Both the position numbers and the translations under genes were made by a program. This document shows positions 38,131-51,760 of a stretch of DNA of 64,000 nt, in pieces. Below the pieces are notes generated by a model. It did not search any database and was not told the DNA's origin. It worked only from the letters and a program-made list of their open reading frames with translations. Every line of letters starts with the position of its first letter. Position 1 is the stretch's first letter. Source of the stretch: Mobula birostris (Eukaryota); contig NC_092371.1 of the NCBI RefSeq assembly GCF_030028105.1, forward strand, positions 53,992,439-54,056,438. Reading direction: 5' to 3'.

Positions 38131-40149
38131 GTCCTGACCTCTCATGATATTGGTCTTTGACCGTAGTACCCAATAAATTAGTAGTGTGGATATTGGTGGA
38201 TGGGTGGTGTTATCACGATAGTTAGCAGGCAACACAACATTGGCAAACAGCCCACGTTAAAGGTTGTGGGTTAATCATGTATTGCGGAAGTGTGCTCATT
38301 TTCAGACTTCGTCAAATATAGCCACCACCATATTTAGCAATTAGCTGGAATTTTCCAAAATTTACTTATAACCACTTGGTTGAAGATTAGCCATTTGTTT
38401 TTAGATCATTGTATGAAACTTAAACTGAAAGTCTATTTGAAAGCATTAAACTGTATAGAATCAGAAATAAACATTCCTATGTTTTCTTGAACAATTATCT
38501 AATGAACTACTCCATTATTTTTTTCTGCCAAGCCATGTAAATGACTATTTATCAAAAATTCTTTACTCAGTTTTAAAGCTGCAGGAGTTTTAACAGAGGT
38601 TCAGGAAAATACATTCAACGTCTCATTATTTTAAGCATAATTCTTTACTATCTCATTTCCAGCATTAAATTCTTGAAAAAATTTTTTTTTAAATCTATTC
38701 TATCATGTCCAAAGAATCTGTAAAAAAGGTATTTTATATCTTATTATTTTCAGACAATGTTGAAAATGCATAGATTTACTTGAGCTCAGTCCATTTAGTT
38801 TTATGGTTTATTTGTGCTTAAATGAAATGTGATATAATTTTTCATTTTTAAAAATATTTTGAGATGAGTATTGGTAATTGATTGCATAATGTAGTGTGCA
38901 TTAATATACATTTAAATGTGCATTAAATATCTAAAATGATTACATTATTTCTTATTATAAATATAGAAAATACCACTACCAAATGCTATAGGCTAATCAA
39001 AGCCTTCAAAAGCCATTAAAAATTTGAGATGAATTAGTCATTTATAGATGACCTCAGAACTCAAAGGAACAAAATTGAGTGTCAAAGCCACTTTCTATTT
39101 TTTGTTATTTATTGAATGTATGGTATGTGTATGTTTTCAATTTATGCGGTTTCATTTTGTCTGTGGTCAGTTTTGTTGCTGGCAGCAGCTGGCAGTTTCA
39201 ATGCTCATTGCCAATATCCCATGTCCTTGGTGGCTGACATTTACAAAAGAGGATAGCAGTATGTGACATCATTACAGAGAGTTTATGGAGGAATGGTTTG
39301 AAGTTGATTACTTAGATTTTGAAGTCATTGTACCTCTAGTCTGTGCTAATGAAACATAAATTCTAACATTTCCTTAACTTCAGGGCTTCAGCAGTTTCCC
39401 ATCTGTTATTTTCTCTGTTCTTTCGTATTCCTGTAGCTAGGATATTCTGCCTCCCTCAGAGGGAGAAAAAAGAGAGCATGTAATAGAGGAATCACACCTG
39501 CAGGCAATATTAATTGACCAACACCTAATAAACTTATATGATTTCCTTTGTCTTTTTGAACTTAAAAAAATGACAAAATTGTGATATAAGTGCATTATTA
39601 AGTCAAGAGCTCTTCAGTCAGTAAATTGTTTTACTCCTTGCTCTTTTAAAAATGTATCCTCTCTCCTTCTTTAGTTCTACCACATTGCATACCTTCCCCC
39701 AGGCAAGCAAGTGACATTCTCCTGGGCTTCTGTCAATGTCACTGTTGAGTCAGCTGCTAGGAGGTGTATAAAAGTGGACCAGATTGAATCACAGTCTGCC
39801 TTTCCCCTCCCTGCCATATGTAGATGCACCTGGTCTCCATTCACCACCTCCCCCATAGCTTAGGTGGAGTAGAGAACTCACTCTGTGCTGTTCTGCAAGT
39901 GTGAACTTCTAACACAGCATTTGTCCATTAAAGTGGTCCAGTATCAAGCTGTTCAAATAAATATGACAGCCATACTATTAGAATGGCACAATGAAATACA
40001 CACTGACTTATGTTTTCAAAGCAAAATATTATCCACTTAATCGATATTGCAGTATTTCACCATCTTCAAACATTGCAAGCTGCTTCACACCACTAACAGT
40101 ATTTTGCAAGCAAACAGCATTCTGTTAAGGAAAGCATGTTGGCCAGAAT

Positions 40150-40305
40150 ACCAGAAGAACTTCCTGCACTTCTCTCAACAGTGCCTTTATGATCTTTAAC
40201 CTGTGCCATTAAAACAGGCAGGTGGTGTCTCAGACATCCCTTGTGAATGAAGATGCTTCCAACAATGTAGCACTCCTTCATTCTTGCACTGTAGAGTCAT
40301 TTCCG
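40150..40305 (-). mobile_element. Deu-domain SINE (SacSINE1/AmnSINE1-like) core
   Basis: 'aacttcctgcacttctc..agtgcc...gatcttt...ttccaacaatgtagcactccttca'; antisense homolog of 47125-47250. Confidence 0.65.
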
Positions 40306-40623
40306 ATGCTATTTAAAACCAGACCAAATGGTGATGTTAACACAAAAACTCCAAATCAACTTTAAATAATATTGCACAGAATTTACTGCTCATATTTTAT
40401 TGAAACAAAATTGAATTTTCTCAGCTACTATTTAGATGGCCGTGTAGATAAATATCAGAAATTTTAATGGAGTTCAGAAATCTTAAATAGTAAGTAATAG
40501 AGTCAACTCAGGGCTGAGGAAGTTGGCAAAGGGAGTTATACTGTCTACAACAGCAAAAAGTCAAAACCTATGGTCATAATTCTCAGAATATATTTGCTTC
40601 TAAAATAATGTTATGTGAGCAAA

Positions 40624-40728
40624 TACACTCAGTGGTCATTTTATTAAGTGCACCTGTACACCTGCTTGTTAATGCAGATATCTAATCATGCTCAATGTAT
40701 AAAAGCATGCAGTCATGGTCAAGAGGTT
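40624..40728. mobile_element. Tc1-like terminal fragment
   Basis: TA|CACTCAGTGGTCATTTTATTAAGTGCACCTG terminus. Confidence 0.7.
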
Positions 40729-42530
40729 ATAAACACGAGAAAGTCTACAGATGCTGGAAATCCCAAGCAACACATACAAAATGCTGGTCGAACAACATTC
40801 ATGGAATTGAATAAATAATCGATGTTTCGGGTTAATATTTCAGGACTGGAAAGGAAAGGGGGAGATTCCAGAATAAAAAGGTGGGGGAAGGGGAAGGAGG
40901 TTAGCTGGAAGGTGATAGGTGAAGCCAGGTGGGTGGGAAAGGTACAGGGCTGGAGAAGAAGGAATCTGACAGGTGAGGAGAGTGGACCATATGAGAAAGG
41001 GAAGGAGGAGGGGACTCAGGCAGAAGTGATAGGCAGGTAAGAAGAGGTAAAAGGCCAGAGTGAGAAATAGAAGAAGAGGGGAAGGGGAGGGAAATTTTTA
41101 CCAGAATGGGAAATTGATATTTATGCCATCAGTTTGGAGGCTACCCAAATGGAATATCAGGTGTTGCTCCTTTACTCTGAGGATGGCCTCATCTTGGTAC
41201 AAGAGGAAACCATGGACTGACATATCAGAATTGAAGTGTTTGGCCATCAGGAAGTACCACTTTTTCGGATGGAGCGGAGATGCAGAGATGCTCAATGAAG
41301 CGGTCCCCCAATTTACAATGGGTCTCACCAATGTAGAGGAGTCCACATAGGGAGCACCGGACACAATAGACAACCCCAGAAGATTCTCAGGTGAAATGGT
41401 GCATCGCCCAGAAGGACTGCTTGGGGCCCTAAATGAAGGGAAGGGAGGAGGTAAATTGAAGGTATAGGACTTAGACCGCTTGCAGGGACAAGTGGGGAGG
41501 GATGAACGGACAAGGGAATCACAGATGGAGAGGTTCCTGCGGAAAGCAGGGTGGGGGGAAGTAAAAGATATCTTCAGTGGGAGGATCCCTTTGGAGATGG
41601 CGGAAGTTGCAGAGAATGGTGTGTTGGATGTGGAGGCTCATGTTCTTAGAGGACAAGAAGAACTCTATCACTGTTAAGACGGTGGGAAGATGGGGTGAAT
41701 GTGGATGTTCCGGAAATGGAGGAGATGCAGGTAAGGGCAGCATCAATAGTGGAGGAAGGGAAACCCTGTTTTTTGATGAAGGAGGACATCTTTGATGTCC
41801 TCCTTCATCAAAGAACAGGGTTTCCCTTCCTCCACTATTCTTTGATGTCCTGGAAAGGAAAGCCGCATCCTGGGAACAGATGCAGTGGAGACGAAGATAC
41901 TGAGAAAAGGGAGTAACATTTTTACAGGAGGTAGGCTGGTAAGAGGTAGCCAAGTTAATCGTGGGAATTGCTGAGCTTATAAAAGATTTTAGTTGACAGT
42001 TTGTCTCCAGAGATTGAGAAAGGGGAGGAAGGTGTCAGAAATGGACCAAGTGAATTTAAGGGCAGGTTGGAAGTTGAAATTGATGAGCTCAGCATGAGTG
42101 TGTGAATGCAGTCATCAATGTAGTGGAGCAAGAGTTGGAGAGTATTACCAGAGGAGGCTTGGAACATTTACTGTTCTACATAGCCAACGAAGAGGCAGAC
42201 ATTAGCTGGAGCCCATGCGGTTGACATGGCTACCCCTCAAGCCTAGAGTCAAAGGAAAAATTGTTCTTCCATAGCCTCTGTCCTCTCCTATCAGACACCC
42301 CCCCCCTTCTCCAGTCCTGTATCTCTTTCACCAATCAACTTTACTTCATCCCTCCCTTCGCGGTTTCACCTATCACTTTATGTTTCTCTCTCACTTCCCC
42401 ACCTTTTAAATCTACTCATCTTTTTTATTCCAGTCCTGTCAAAGCATCTGGGCCTGAAACGTCGACTGTAATTTCTTCCTAGGTGCTGCCTGGCCTGCTG
42501 TGTTCCTCCAGTATTTTGTGTGTGTTGTGT
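40729..42530. mobile_element. Older Penelope insertion: minus arm 40729-42245 and inverted tail 42266-42530
   Basis: LHYIDDCI, PFSQYLRLHCICS and KEQHLIFHLGSLQ in frameshifted minus ORFs; hammerhead relics at 40818-40848 and 42431-42468. Confidence 0.9.
41745..41839. repeat. 46-bp inverted repeat with a 3-nt loop
   Basis: 41745-41790 matches the reverse complement of 41794-41839 with 1 mismatch. Confidence 0.95.
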
Positions 42531-44504
42531 GCAATCAACCTTGGTTTTCCCCCTTTCTACAGGAAAGTTCCCATTTTAGCTATATCATTCATGCTCCTTC
42601 AGCACTAAGATGTCTCTCTGTCAATCAGAATTATATTATCCCAGGTACTGCAAGCTCATTATTATTAAGTTATCCATATATATGGTCTCTCAAAATTACA
42701 TTCCCTTTTATGTTAATTAAAATCTGAACAGTAAATTGTAGGTGATGTTAATTGATTTAATATTGTAATATGTTTATATTGGGATCAGTATTTTTGGGTA
42801 GTTTTAGTTTGCATTGGAGAAGGTAGAAAATAATGGGGTAGGGTAGACAGTCAAGGAAAAGGTTAAGTGCATGAGGGAGAGATGGTAGAACAAATAGCGA
42901 GGATAAATGAAAACAAGCTCTGGTTTCCCAAGAGAGCAGGAGAGTCCCCTCTGACACGTGGGACTTGCACAGGGCTCTTCCCATAGTGGCTCCACTCTGT
43001 AATGGGAGTGCAAAAATGAAGAAGTGCTCATCCCTCTCAATCATTCTTTCACTTGCATGGTTGCAATTTACTCATCCCATGTGGGTTTTCCTTAGATGAT
43101 TTCATTTCCACCCATATTCACTGCCGGATTCACTACAGTTAGTTAATTTAATAATGTCAGAAGTCCCGCAACCACAATCCCAAAGGTTTACTGGCAAACT
43201 TCATTCCTGACTACCCAGTCAGTGTACCTGTTCATTCTATCACCAGTCCTATCCACTTTGTCATCTTTCTCATCCATTCCATCAACCTCCTCATTTATTC
43301 TATCTGCTTCTCCATCCGTTCTACCACCTCAAATACTTTATCAATCTCCCCAGCCATTCCATCAGCCCTCCCATCAATTCAATTGGGAGGAACTAAATTT
43401 TTAAAACCATTCAATCTGAGTAAATTGATTGATACACTCTCCAACAGAGAGCACTTGTTTGCACATTACTCTATATCTGACACATTATGTCTGCTATGCA
43501 AACCTTTTCCATTTCCTTTGCCATCTCAAAACTTCACTATTCCACTTATTTCTCATTTCCTCGCCTAAACAATTGTCAAACTTCTTCAGTTCATCCAAAG
43601 CTCTGCTGCACTTATTTTGTTCTATTTCTCATTCTCTCAGTCCTTGCTGACATACATTACTGTCGATCATGCTGTTCCCCCAATCTTCAAGTTGAAATTC
43701 CTTCCTTGTGGGACACATTCCCATCACTGTAACCTTCCAAAGCCCATCACATTCCTCAGAACTTCTTTCTTAATGTATCTCCTCCTCCTTTCATCACCAT
43801 TAGCAGTAGAAATCAGCCACACATTTGGGATTCTAACTCCACATCACCTCTATCATTTATGACCATTCTTAATTCCTATCCCATTAAGTAATCTTTTTGC
43901 TACTCTCTTATATACCTAGTGACCATTTTGCTTCGATCAAATCTGTCTGATTCACTTTGGGACTTCTCAATGCAATGGACAAGATTCAAATTGAGCAGGA
44001 GTGCAGAAGAGACATTATTATATCGATATCTAGTTATTCACCCAATTTAACAGAAATGAAGTTAAGACAGAGTATAAAATAGGCACTTATTTTGCTATTG
44101 TGTAATTTGCATGCATGCTTAATTAATATGCCATTCAATACCTAATTATTAGTTCTGTTGTAAACATCAAGTGGCACAGACTTCTCCATCTTTTTAGTTG
44201 GGATTTAGAAACATGCATCCACTCAAACATGCTTGAGTTAATCTTGTTTAATTAACCCATACAATTTCTTTAATTAGTTCGACTCTTTTACTCACTGCTG
44301 GGTAAGATGGAAGCTAAAGGATACTGATCACAGTAATTGAACAATGGGGAGGTATTGAAATTTAGATTAAGTAATCTTCAGAAAATGAAATTGTCCAGAG
44401 CATTGTTATAAGTTAATCAAGGCATAAGCAAACTTTTCTTTGGAGAGAAGCTGAAGATTGAATTAATTTTGAATTGTTTGATATATGTGGATGGCAATTG
44501 AAAC

Positions 44505-44625
44505 TTGAGCAACACATAAAAAGTGCTGGAGGAAATCAGCAAGTCAGGCAGCATCGATGGAGGTAAATAAGCAGTCAATGTTTTGGCCTGAGACCCTTTA
44601 TCAGGACTGGAAAGGAAGGGAGCAA
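44505..44625 (-). mobile_element. Penelope hammerhead tail
   Basis: Homologous to 11120-11225. Confidence 0.8.
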
Positions 44626-45059
44626 TTGAAATTATGTTCATTTGCAAGAAACAGAAGAAATTACAGGAAAGGGGCCTCCTGTTATCTACTCTTAAACTGT
44701 TCTTTAGGATTGAGGGCAAGTTATTTCTACTAAGGTTCTGTGGTTTCTCCGATGATTGATGAGGTGAATGTGGAACCCACAAACTCTGCTACAAGTGGAC
44801 CAGGAAGTGCTTGATAGATCAGACAAGTAGATAATGTGGGAGGTGGAGCACTGCCTCTAATGTTCATACTGGGCTCACAACAACTGGGCTTGACGTTCTC
44901 AAGTCCATCTTGAATGCTAATTCACAAGTTTGAGCTATGATGGACAAGAGATTCCCATGAGATAATGAGAGGGTTATATTTTTCAAGGAAGCTTTGAGAA
45001 CTACTGTAAATTGTATACTTTATTCATATAGATCATCGAATACAATTAAGCAGGCAGAA

Positions 45060-45375
45060 GGTACCGTGGCATTAGGACAAGGACTGTTAGGATGGGAAAG
45101 AGCATCTTCCCCAGGACACAAGACTACTGAACTCCCTGCCACCATCCAGGTCTCAGTACATACTGTATGAAACACTAGTAGTGTTATACTGTTTTGTTTT
45201 AACTTGAAACGTAATTCACCTAATAACCGTGAATTTATCTGTGGTAATATTACTTCATGTGCTGTGCATTAGTTATACCTGCTGGGTTGTGCACCTTGGT
45301 CTGAAGGAATGTGGTTTCATTTGCCATTATACATATGGATGGTTTAGATGACATTCAACTTGAACTTAAACTTAA
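45060..45375 (+). mobile_element. Rex1/Babar-type 3' end
   Basis: 'agcatcttccccaggacacaagactactgaac' (SFFPQAVRLLN-like) and an (ACTTGA)n tail. Confidence 0.7.
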
Positions 45376-45467
45376 TACAAACACCTATTTTTGATTCCTA
45401 TTTCTTTATTTTGTTTACGGTCTGTTAATTTTTGGTATAAGCACTTGAAAAAAAGACTATAAAGACA

Positions 45468-45792
45468 GTCATATAGTCATATAGCACAGAAACTGATTCT
45501 TCCCCACCATGTACACACCAACCATCAAGCACCCATCTAATCGTAGTTTCTTAATCTCTCACGTCCCATCATCTCCCCAACTCTTGCAACCGTACTATAG
45601 AAAATTAAAGTGGCCAATTAACCTACTAACCTACCAAAGGCTCTGGCACATAGGAGGAAAGTGTAAACAGGTAAAGGAAACCAATACAGTCACAAAAAGA
45701 ACGTGTAAACCACATACAGAGAGCAGCCAATGTCAGGACTGAACCTGGGTCACTGGAACTGTGGACAACAGTGCTCAACATTTTGCCACTCT
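45468..45792 (-). mobile_element. V-SINE, degraded
   Basis: 'tggccaattaacctactaacc' and antisense B box 'ggactgaacctgggtc'. Confidence 0.7.
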
Positions 45793-46467
45793 CTCCCCAT
45801 GATGTGTCACAACACTAGATTTCATATCATAACATTTGTTTGTCCAATTATGCATCATTACGATATTTAAGATCTATTTTTCCACCGTAAGAGGAAATGG
45901 AGGTTTGTGGTGAGTACAGCACATATCAAGGTATATTAGATGTACCACATAATGTGAAATAATAGTCTCGATCATGATGAGGATTTGGACATGGTGCCCA
46001 ATTGGAATTTGATCCATTGTGTTTTTATTCTGCACTTCTGCCAAAAATTTTCTCTCACTGTAATATTTTAAGACCTACACATGTAGCAGCCTCTTTATTG
46101 TTTCTACATTCATATTGAAATACAAGCAGAAATGATATATCACTCAAGCTGTTAATAAAATGTGTAATTCTCATGCTTGAGGTTTTCAGAGGAAGTTCCT
46201 TCAAATGAACACCTATCCTGTTTTTTATATAAATGACACCAACAATGAAGCATTTCTGTACAGCTTTACAGTGTTTTGTAGAAGATGCCCCAGAATTCTT
46301 CTCAATAGTTTAAGTGATTACAGAGTTGAGAAGGAAGGATTGGGGAAAATAATCAAAACACATTTTAAAGCAAAATTTAGTTAGATCCTCTTAGTGCAAT
46401 AGATTTGTGAGTCAATTTTAAGAGAGCGAGCAAAGCAGACAATGGCAAGAGAAAGGAAGAGAGTTCA

Positions 46468-46625
46468 GATTCACATTCATCTATTTAATACATGTACAAA
46501 GAAACACGCAGTGAAGAGTGCTATTTACGTTCAAAAACAATGCAAACTAGGGATGTGCTGGGGCAGCCTGCAAGTGTCGCCATGCATACCAGTATCATCA
46601 TAGCATCCCCACAATGCTTGGCAGA
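46468..46625 (-). mobile_element. SINE 3' part, same family as 5189-5526
   Basis: Antisense homology to 5375-5510. Confidence 0.6.
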
Positions 46626-47124
46626 ACAACACAGAACACAACAAGCAACAAAAAAAGCCTCTTTTCACTCTTCCACCAACCCACTTATACCTCACGCATA
46701 CAGATAGACCTCCAACCCTAGCACAAGCCTCCAGGCCTCCAGCACCTCCAACCTCCAATGGACTTGTGGACTTGCAGGTAACGGGACTTTAACTTCCCCA
46801 ATGGACTCTTAGACTCATAGATTCAGGGCTTCAGCCATCTGGTTTCAACATCCAGACTTCCAATTGACCTTCAGGCTTAAATCTTTGTTAACCAATTACA
46901 AGACTACTAGCATCAGGCCTAACTAATGACGGGACCTTGAGCTCTAGGCATTAAACCACAGACTCACCGACTTGCTCAAAAGTTCAAAAGGGCAATGGAG
47001 ATACATAGGTGAAGGGAGATGTTCTAGATATAAATTCTCAGCATTCAAACATAGCTGGTCTCAGAGTCCATCACGTCATTCCAGAGAAAGCTATATAAAG
47101 CCTGAACTGATATTTCAGGTAATT

Positions 47125-48672
47125 GTGATGGCAGAGGCACAGTCCTTTAGAACTGGTGTTAAAATAGGGCACTTTCTACTCTCTCCATTGGATGTAAGAG
47201 ATCCAATGACAATACTTTTAACAAGAGTAGAAAAATCACCCAAGGCGCACAGGCCATTGATAATCCTTTTTTCAACATCATACAACTGGTCAGAATCACA
47301 GAGACATTTTCAAAAGGTGATGCCTCAGGACGGCAGCATCCATCACTCAGGACCCCCATCACACAGGACATGCCCTCTTCACAGCATCAAGGATGAGGTA
47401 TAGAAGCATGAAGACAAATACTCAGTGTATAAGGAACAGCTCCTTCCCCTCTTCCGTATATACACAGTGCATCCCAGTAAATTAGTACACATCAGGATCA
47501 GAACACTTTGGTCAAGTTAGTTGAAGTTTCATGGAAATAGTAAAAAAGGTAAAAGAATGACAAACTACCATCTAACTGAGTGACAACTTATGGATTTAAA
47601 TGAAATTCAGAACAAATTAGAACACTACCTATACCACTGGTGGTTGCTCTACTGTCATGATGAGGCCACACTCAGGTTGGAGGAGACACACCTTATATTC
47701 TGTCTGGTTTAGCCTCCAACTTAATGGCATAAACATTAAGTTCTATAACTGCTGGTAATGTCCCCCTTCACCATTCCGCATCCCCATTTTCCTCTCTTAC
47801 CTTATCTTCTTACCTGCCCATCACCTCTCTCTGGTGCTCCTCCCACTTTTCTTTCTTCCATGGCCTTCTGTCCTCTCCTAATAGATTCCCCCTTCTCCAG
47901 CCCTGAATTTCTTTCACCAATCAACTTCCCAGCTCTTTACTTCACTCCTACCCCCTCCCAGTTTCACCTATCATTTTGTGTTTCTTTCTCCCCTCCCCCC
48001 ACCTTCTAACTCTGACTCCTCATCTTTTTTTCTGCGGTCCTGGTGAAGGGTCTTGGCCCAAAATGTCGACTGTACTCTTTCCCATAGATGCTGCCTGGCC
48101 TGCTGGGTTCCTCCAGAATTTGGATGTTGCTTTGTAGATCCTAACTTGTTGAAGTCGTGAAATCATTTCATTTTCAATCCCAGCTGTTTCAGAATCAGAA
48201 TCAGGTTTATTATCACCAGCATGTGACATGAAATTTGTTAACAGCAACAGCAGTTCAATGCAATACATAATCTAGCAGAGAGAAAAATAATAATAATAAA
48301 TAAACAAGTAAATCAATAACAGTATACATATATTGAATAGATTTAAAAAATGTGCAAAAACAGAAATACTGTATATTGAAATAAAGTGAGGTAGTGTCCA
48401 AAGATTCAATGTCCATTTAGGAATCAGACGGCTGGGTCTGAATGCTTGAAACTGCAATAAGGAAAGCATTTCTGAATTGTGTTACTGCTTATTTCTTCCC
48501 AGCTATCAATGAGTAGTTTGTAATTTATAGTGTTTTTATTATGCATTGCACTACCCTGCCACCACAAGACATCAACTTTCATCACATATGCCAATGATAT
48601 TAAACCTGATTCTGATTCTGATTGTAAATTGGCTGCTGCATTTCTTACCTTACACAAGTACACCACTTCAAA
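47125..48672. mobile_element. Nested cluster: DeuSINE > Rex1 3' end > Tigger-like > Penelope and Rex1 tail
   Basis: DeuSINE 47125-47300 and 48623-48672; Rex1 47301-47457 and 48515-48622; Tigger-like 47461-47637, 48137-48188 and 48435-48514; Penelope(+) 47638-48134; Rex1 tail(-) 48189-48434. Confidence 0.65.
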
Positions 48673-49225
48673 ATAGAACATTGAACAGAACAGCATAGGA
48701 AAGGCCCTTCAGCCTATCATAATTCCAATCTGATTGCTTCATCCGCCTGCACGTGGTCCAGACCTCTATTCCCTGCGTCTTCATGTGTCTGTCTGATTAC
48801 CTTCTCAACTTTCCAGCATTCCAGTCACCCACAACTCTCTGTGTAAAATATTTGCCTCACACATTTTCTTTAAGCTTTTCTCCTTGTACTTTTAACCTAT
48901 ACCCTGTGGTATTTGATATTTCCATTCTGACAAAAACACTCAGATTGTCTAACGTATCTATCTCTCATAATTTTCTATGCTTCCATCGGATTGTACCCCA
49001 TCCTTCAATGCTCCAAAGAAAACAATTCAAATCTGTTTAACCTCTCCTTACAGCTAAAGCTCTCCAATTCAGGCAACATCCTCTTCTACACCCTCTCCAA
49101 AGCCTCCATATAATTCCAGTAATATGATAATCAAAACTAATACTCCAAACATGATCTAATCTAAGTTTATATAGCTGCAATATGACTTCCCAACTTTTGC
49201 ACCCAAAACCCTGACTGATGAAAGT
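48673..49225 (-). mobile_element. CR1 3' end
   Basis: (AGAACAT)-type tail and antisense RT C-terminal sequence; homologous to 57536-58197. Confidence 0.85.
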
Positions 49226-49414
49226 AAGTATTATCTCATTGATTTTATCATGTTTTAGGACATTCTCGTGTAATGAACGTCCATGTTAATTGAAAAATTA
49301 GAGCAAAAAGTCTTTTAAATCTGAAACCAGGATAACAAGTACGAGCTTCAGGGTTTTCGATGATGCAGTTTCAGAAGGGATAAACAAAACTACGGATAAT
49401 TTATCTTTTTAAAA

Positions 49415-49680
49415 TCTCTGCAATATGGAGCTGCATGTACTCCCTGTCATTGTGTGGATTTCCCTTTGGGTTTTCCCGTTTCCTCCCACTTCCTAAAATT
49501 GCACTGGCTGGTGGGTTAATTGACTACTGCATGTTACCCTAGTATGGGTGGGTGTTGCAGAGTCAGGAAGGAGCAGATGGGCATTTGAAGGAGAACAGGC
49601 AACAGGAAAATAAATGGAGGAATGGGATTAAAGAATTGTTCTAGACTCAATGGAGTGAATGACCTCCATCAATGTTATAA
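49415..49680 (+). mobile_element. V-SINE, 5'-truncated
   Basis: 'ggatttccctttgggttttcccgtttcctcccac'. Confidence 0.7.
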
Positions 49681-50174
49681 GGAAATATTCAGAAATTGTA
49701 AATAGAACAGCAGCAATCATTAACCCAAAGGGAAACCTGTCAGGGAGATAGAACAAGAAAAAATAGATGCTGGGTGGGGAGAAGCTAGAGAGAAATATAA
49801 GTAAGCCTGGTATAAAATAAAACTTAGCTGGTTAAAACTCCTACGAATTAAAAGGAAGTTCTGACCATGCTGGGAAAATACATATACCTCTCTAAATACT
49901 CAAAACAATTTGTAACAATGACTTTACTTTCAGCAATTGCACTTGTAGTATATCAAGCCAGTAGACTATTACTAATACTATAGACTAATACTATGATCAC
50001 TTTGACCAAGCTGTTCTTCACCAGTTCCAATATTTCCTTCTTTGCCTGAGTGCTTTTATTTTAATTTTTGCCTCTGTAAGTCAATGGGGGTGTTTTCTAC
50101 ATTACAACTGTTAGATTTATATATTTTGTATTGTTAATTGGTCCAAAGAAGTGAAGCACAAGTAGTTACGGGGA

Positions 50175-50340
50175 AACATAGAAATCTACAACACATTACA
50201 GCCCCTTCAGCCCACAATGTTGTGCTGACCATGTAACCTACTCTAGAACCTGCCTAGAAATTCTGTACCACATAGACCTCTATTTTTCTAAGCTCCATCA
50301 ACCTATCTAAGAGTCTCTTAAAATACCCAACTGTATCTGC
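50175..50340 (-). mobile_element. CR1 3' tail
   Basis: 'gaaacatagaaatctacaacacattacagccccttcagccc'. Confidence 0.75.
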
Positions 50341-50687
50341 AAATTGTCAACCACTGAAATAAAGCAGAGTGTCTATTAACATTTAGTCAGAAAGTGAGTT
50401 GGATGTGGGATGAGGTGTGGGACAAGCTTCACAGAAAACAGGTCACTTTCACCAGGGCTTTATATCATTATGTGGATATTTTTGTTAGACTATTTTATAA
50501 ATTATGTAGCATTTTTCTGTGATCAATTTGAAATCTAACAAATGCATTAAACTACCCTTAAGTTTAATATTAAGAACTGCTCAGGTTTTCCCCAGGTGCT
50601 TCCACTTCCTCCCATATCTGGTTAGTGTTGTTCTGCAGTAAAATACCCTTCAGTGTAGGTAAGTGGCAAAGGAATGGAAAAGGAAAG

Positions 50688-50890
50688 GTTTCTCCGGTTA
50701 GCGGACAATTTCCCTCCACGCCTCTCTGACGTAGTGGAGAACCGTGTACGAGGCAAGTTACAGCAGTGGTTTGCCATTGCCTTCTGCCGGGTGAGTTTCC
50801 AAAGAGATCACCAGCTCGTAACCCAGCACGGATGGAAAGCGTGCAGGGGAGCCGGCTGGATTCGAACTTGGGAACTTTCATCCCGAAATC
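50688..50890 (-). mobile_element. tRNA-derived SINE with RTE-like tail, inside a V-SINE remnant
   Basis: B box rc GTTCGAATCC, core shared with 3311-3359, and rc AGAAGGCAATGGCAAACC. Confidence 0.8.
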
Positions 50891-51279
50891 CGCAAAGAAT
50901 AAATGAGGATTAATGTGTGACAGAACATGTTGCATGATTAAAGGGAAATAAGGAAAGGTAGTAGGACTAATGGGAAGTTGTCATGGAGTTCATAGGTTGA
51001 TTGTCCTCATTTTGTTCTGTAATAATGCAGAGCTTGGCCACTCCGCCAAAAGGTATTTAGTATCCCTGCCACTTTAGCTTAACTAACCTGCATAAATGAC
51101 AAACTATGTAAGATTTGCAAGCTTCCCTCTCAAATCTATACAAAAGATTTTTTTATATGTCAATGACTACATAGGGTATATAAGAATATAATCATAGCTG
51201 GGAAGATTGGCCATGTTTGGTTTGTTTGGCTCAAGTACTACAAACAACAAGAAAACTGGACCTTAAGTGCATTAAACTG

Positions 51280-51760
51280 AGATTGAAAAAGTACAAAGAC
51301 CCAAGTCTTGGAATTTGATGATAAGCTTTGAAGGAAAAAAAGTGTTAAAGGCTGAGCTGCAGTCAATAAACATCAATTTGACAATTGTATTCCACTGTCC
51401 AGGTAGTCTCAAGCAAAGTGGAGAGCCAATGAGATAGTGTCATCTGTTGACTTATTGTAGTGATAGGCAAATTTTTGCAGGTCCAGGTCCTGGCTGAGAG
51501 AGGAGATGATTCAAGCTATAACCAACTTCTCAAAGCCCTTCATTACAAAGGATGTAGATGCTTCAGAATGATACCATTAATGCCACCTGGAAGCAGATGG
51601 GAGCCTCAGACCACAGAAGTGAGAGGTAGAAGATGGGCATTATGAACAGATTTTTAGTACTTGACCAGGTACACTGTCAGGACCTGATGCCTTGTGGGGA
51701 TTCATCATGTGAAAGATGCTTTAATGTTAGCCTCCGAGTCTGACATCACAAGGTCGCAGA
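51280..51760 (-). mobile_element. Rex1/Babar RT fragment
   Basis: The reverse complement encodes MFIDCSSAFNTF. Confidence 0.8.

Noticed and set aside
43200-43900. Pyrimidine-rich tract with many small ORFs
   Set aside because: Probably a very old LINE (L2-like) remnant, too degraded to assign.
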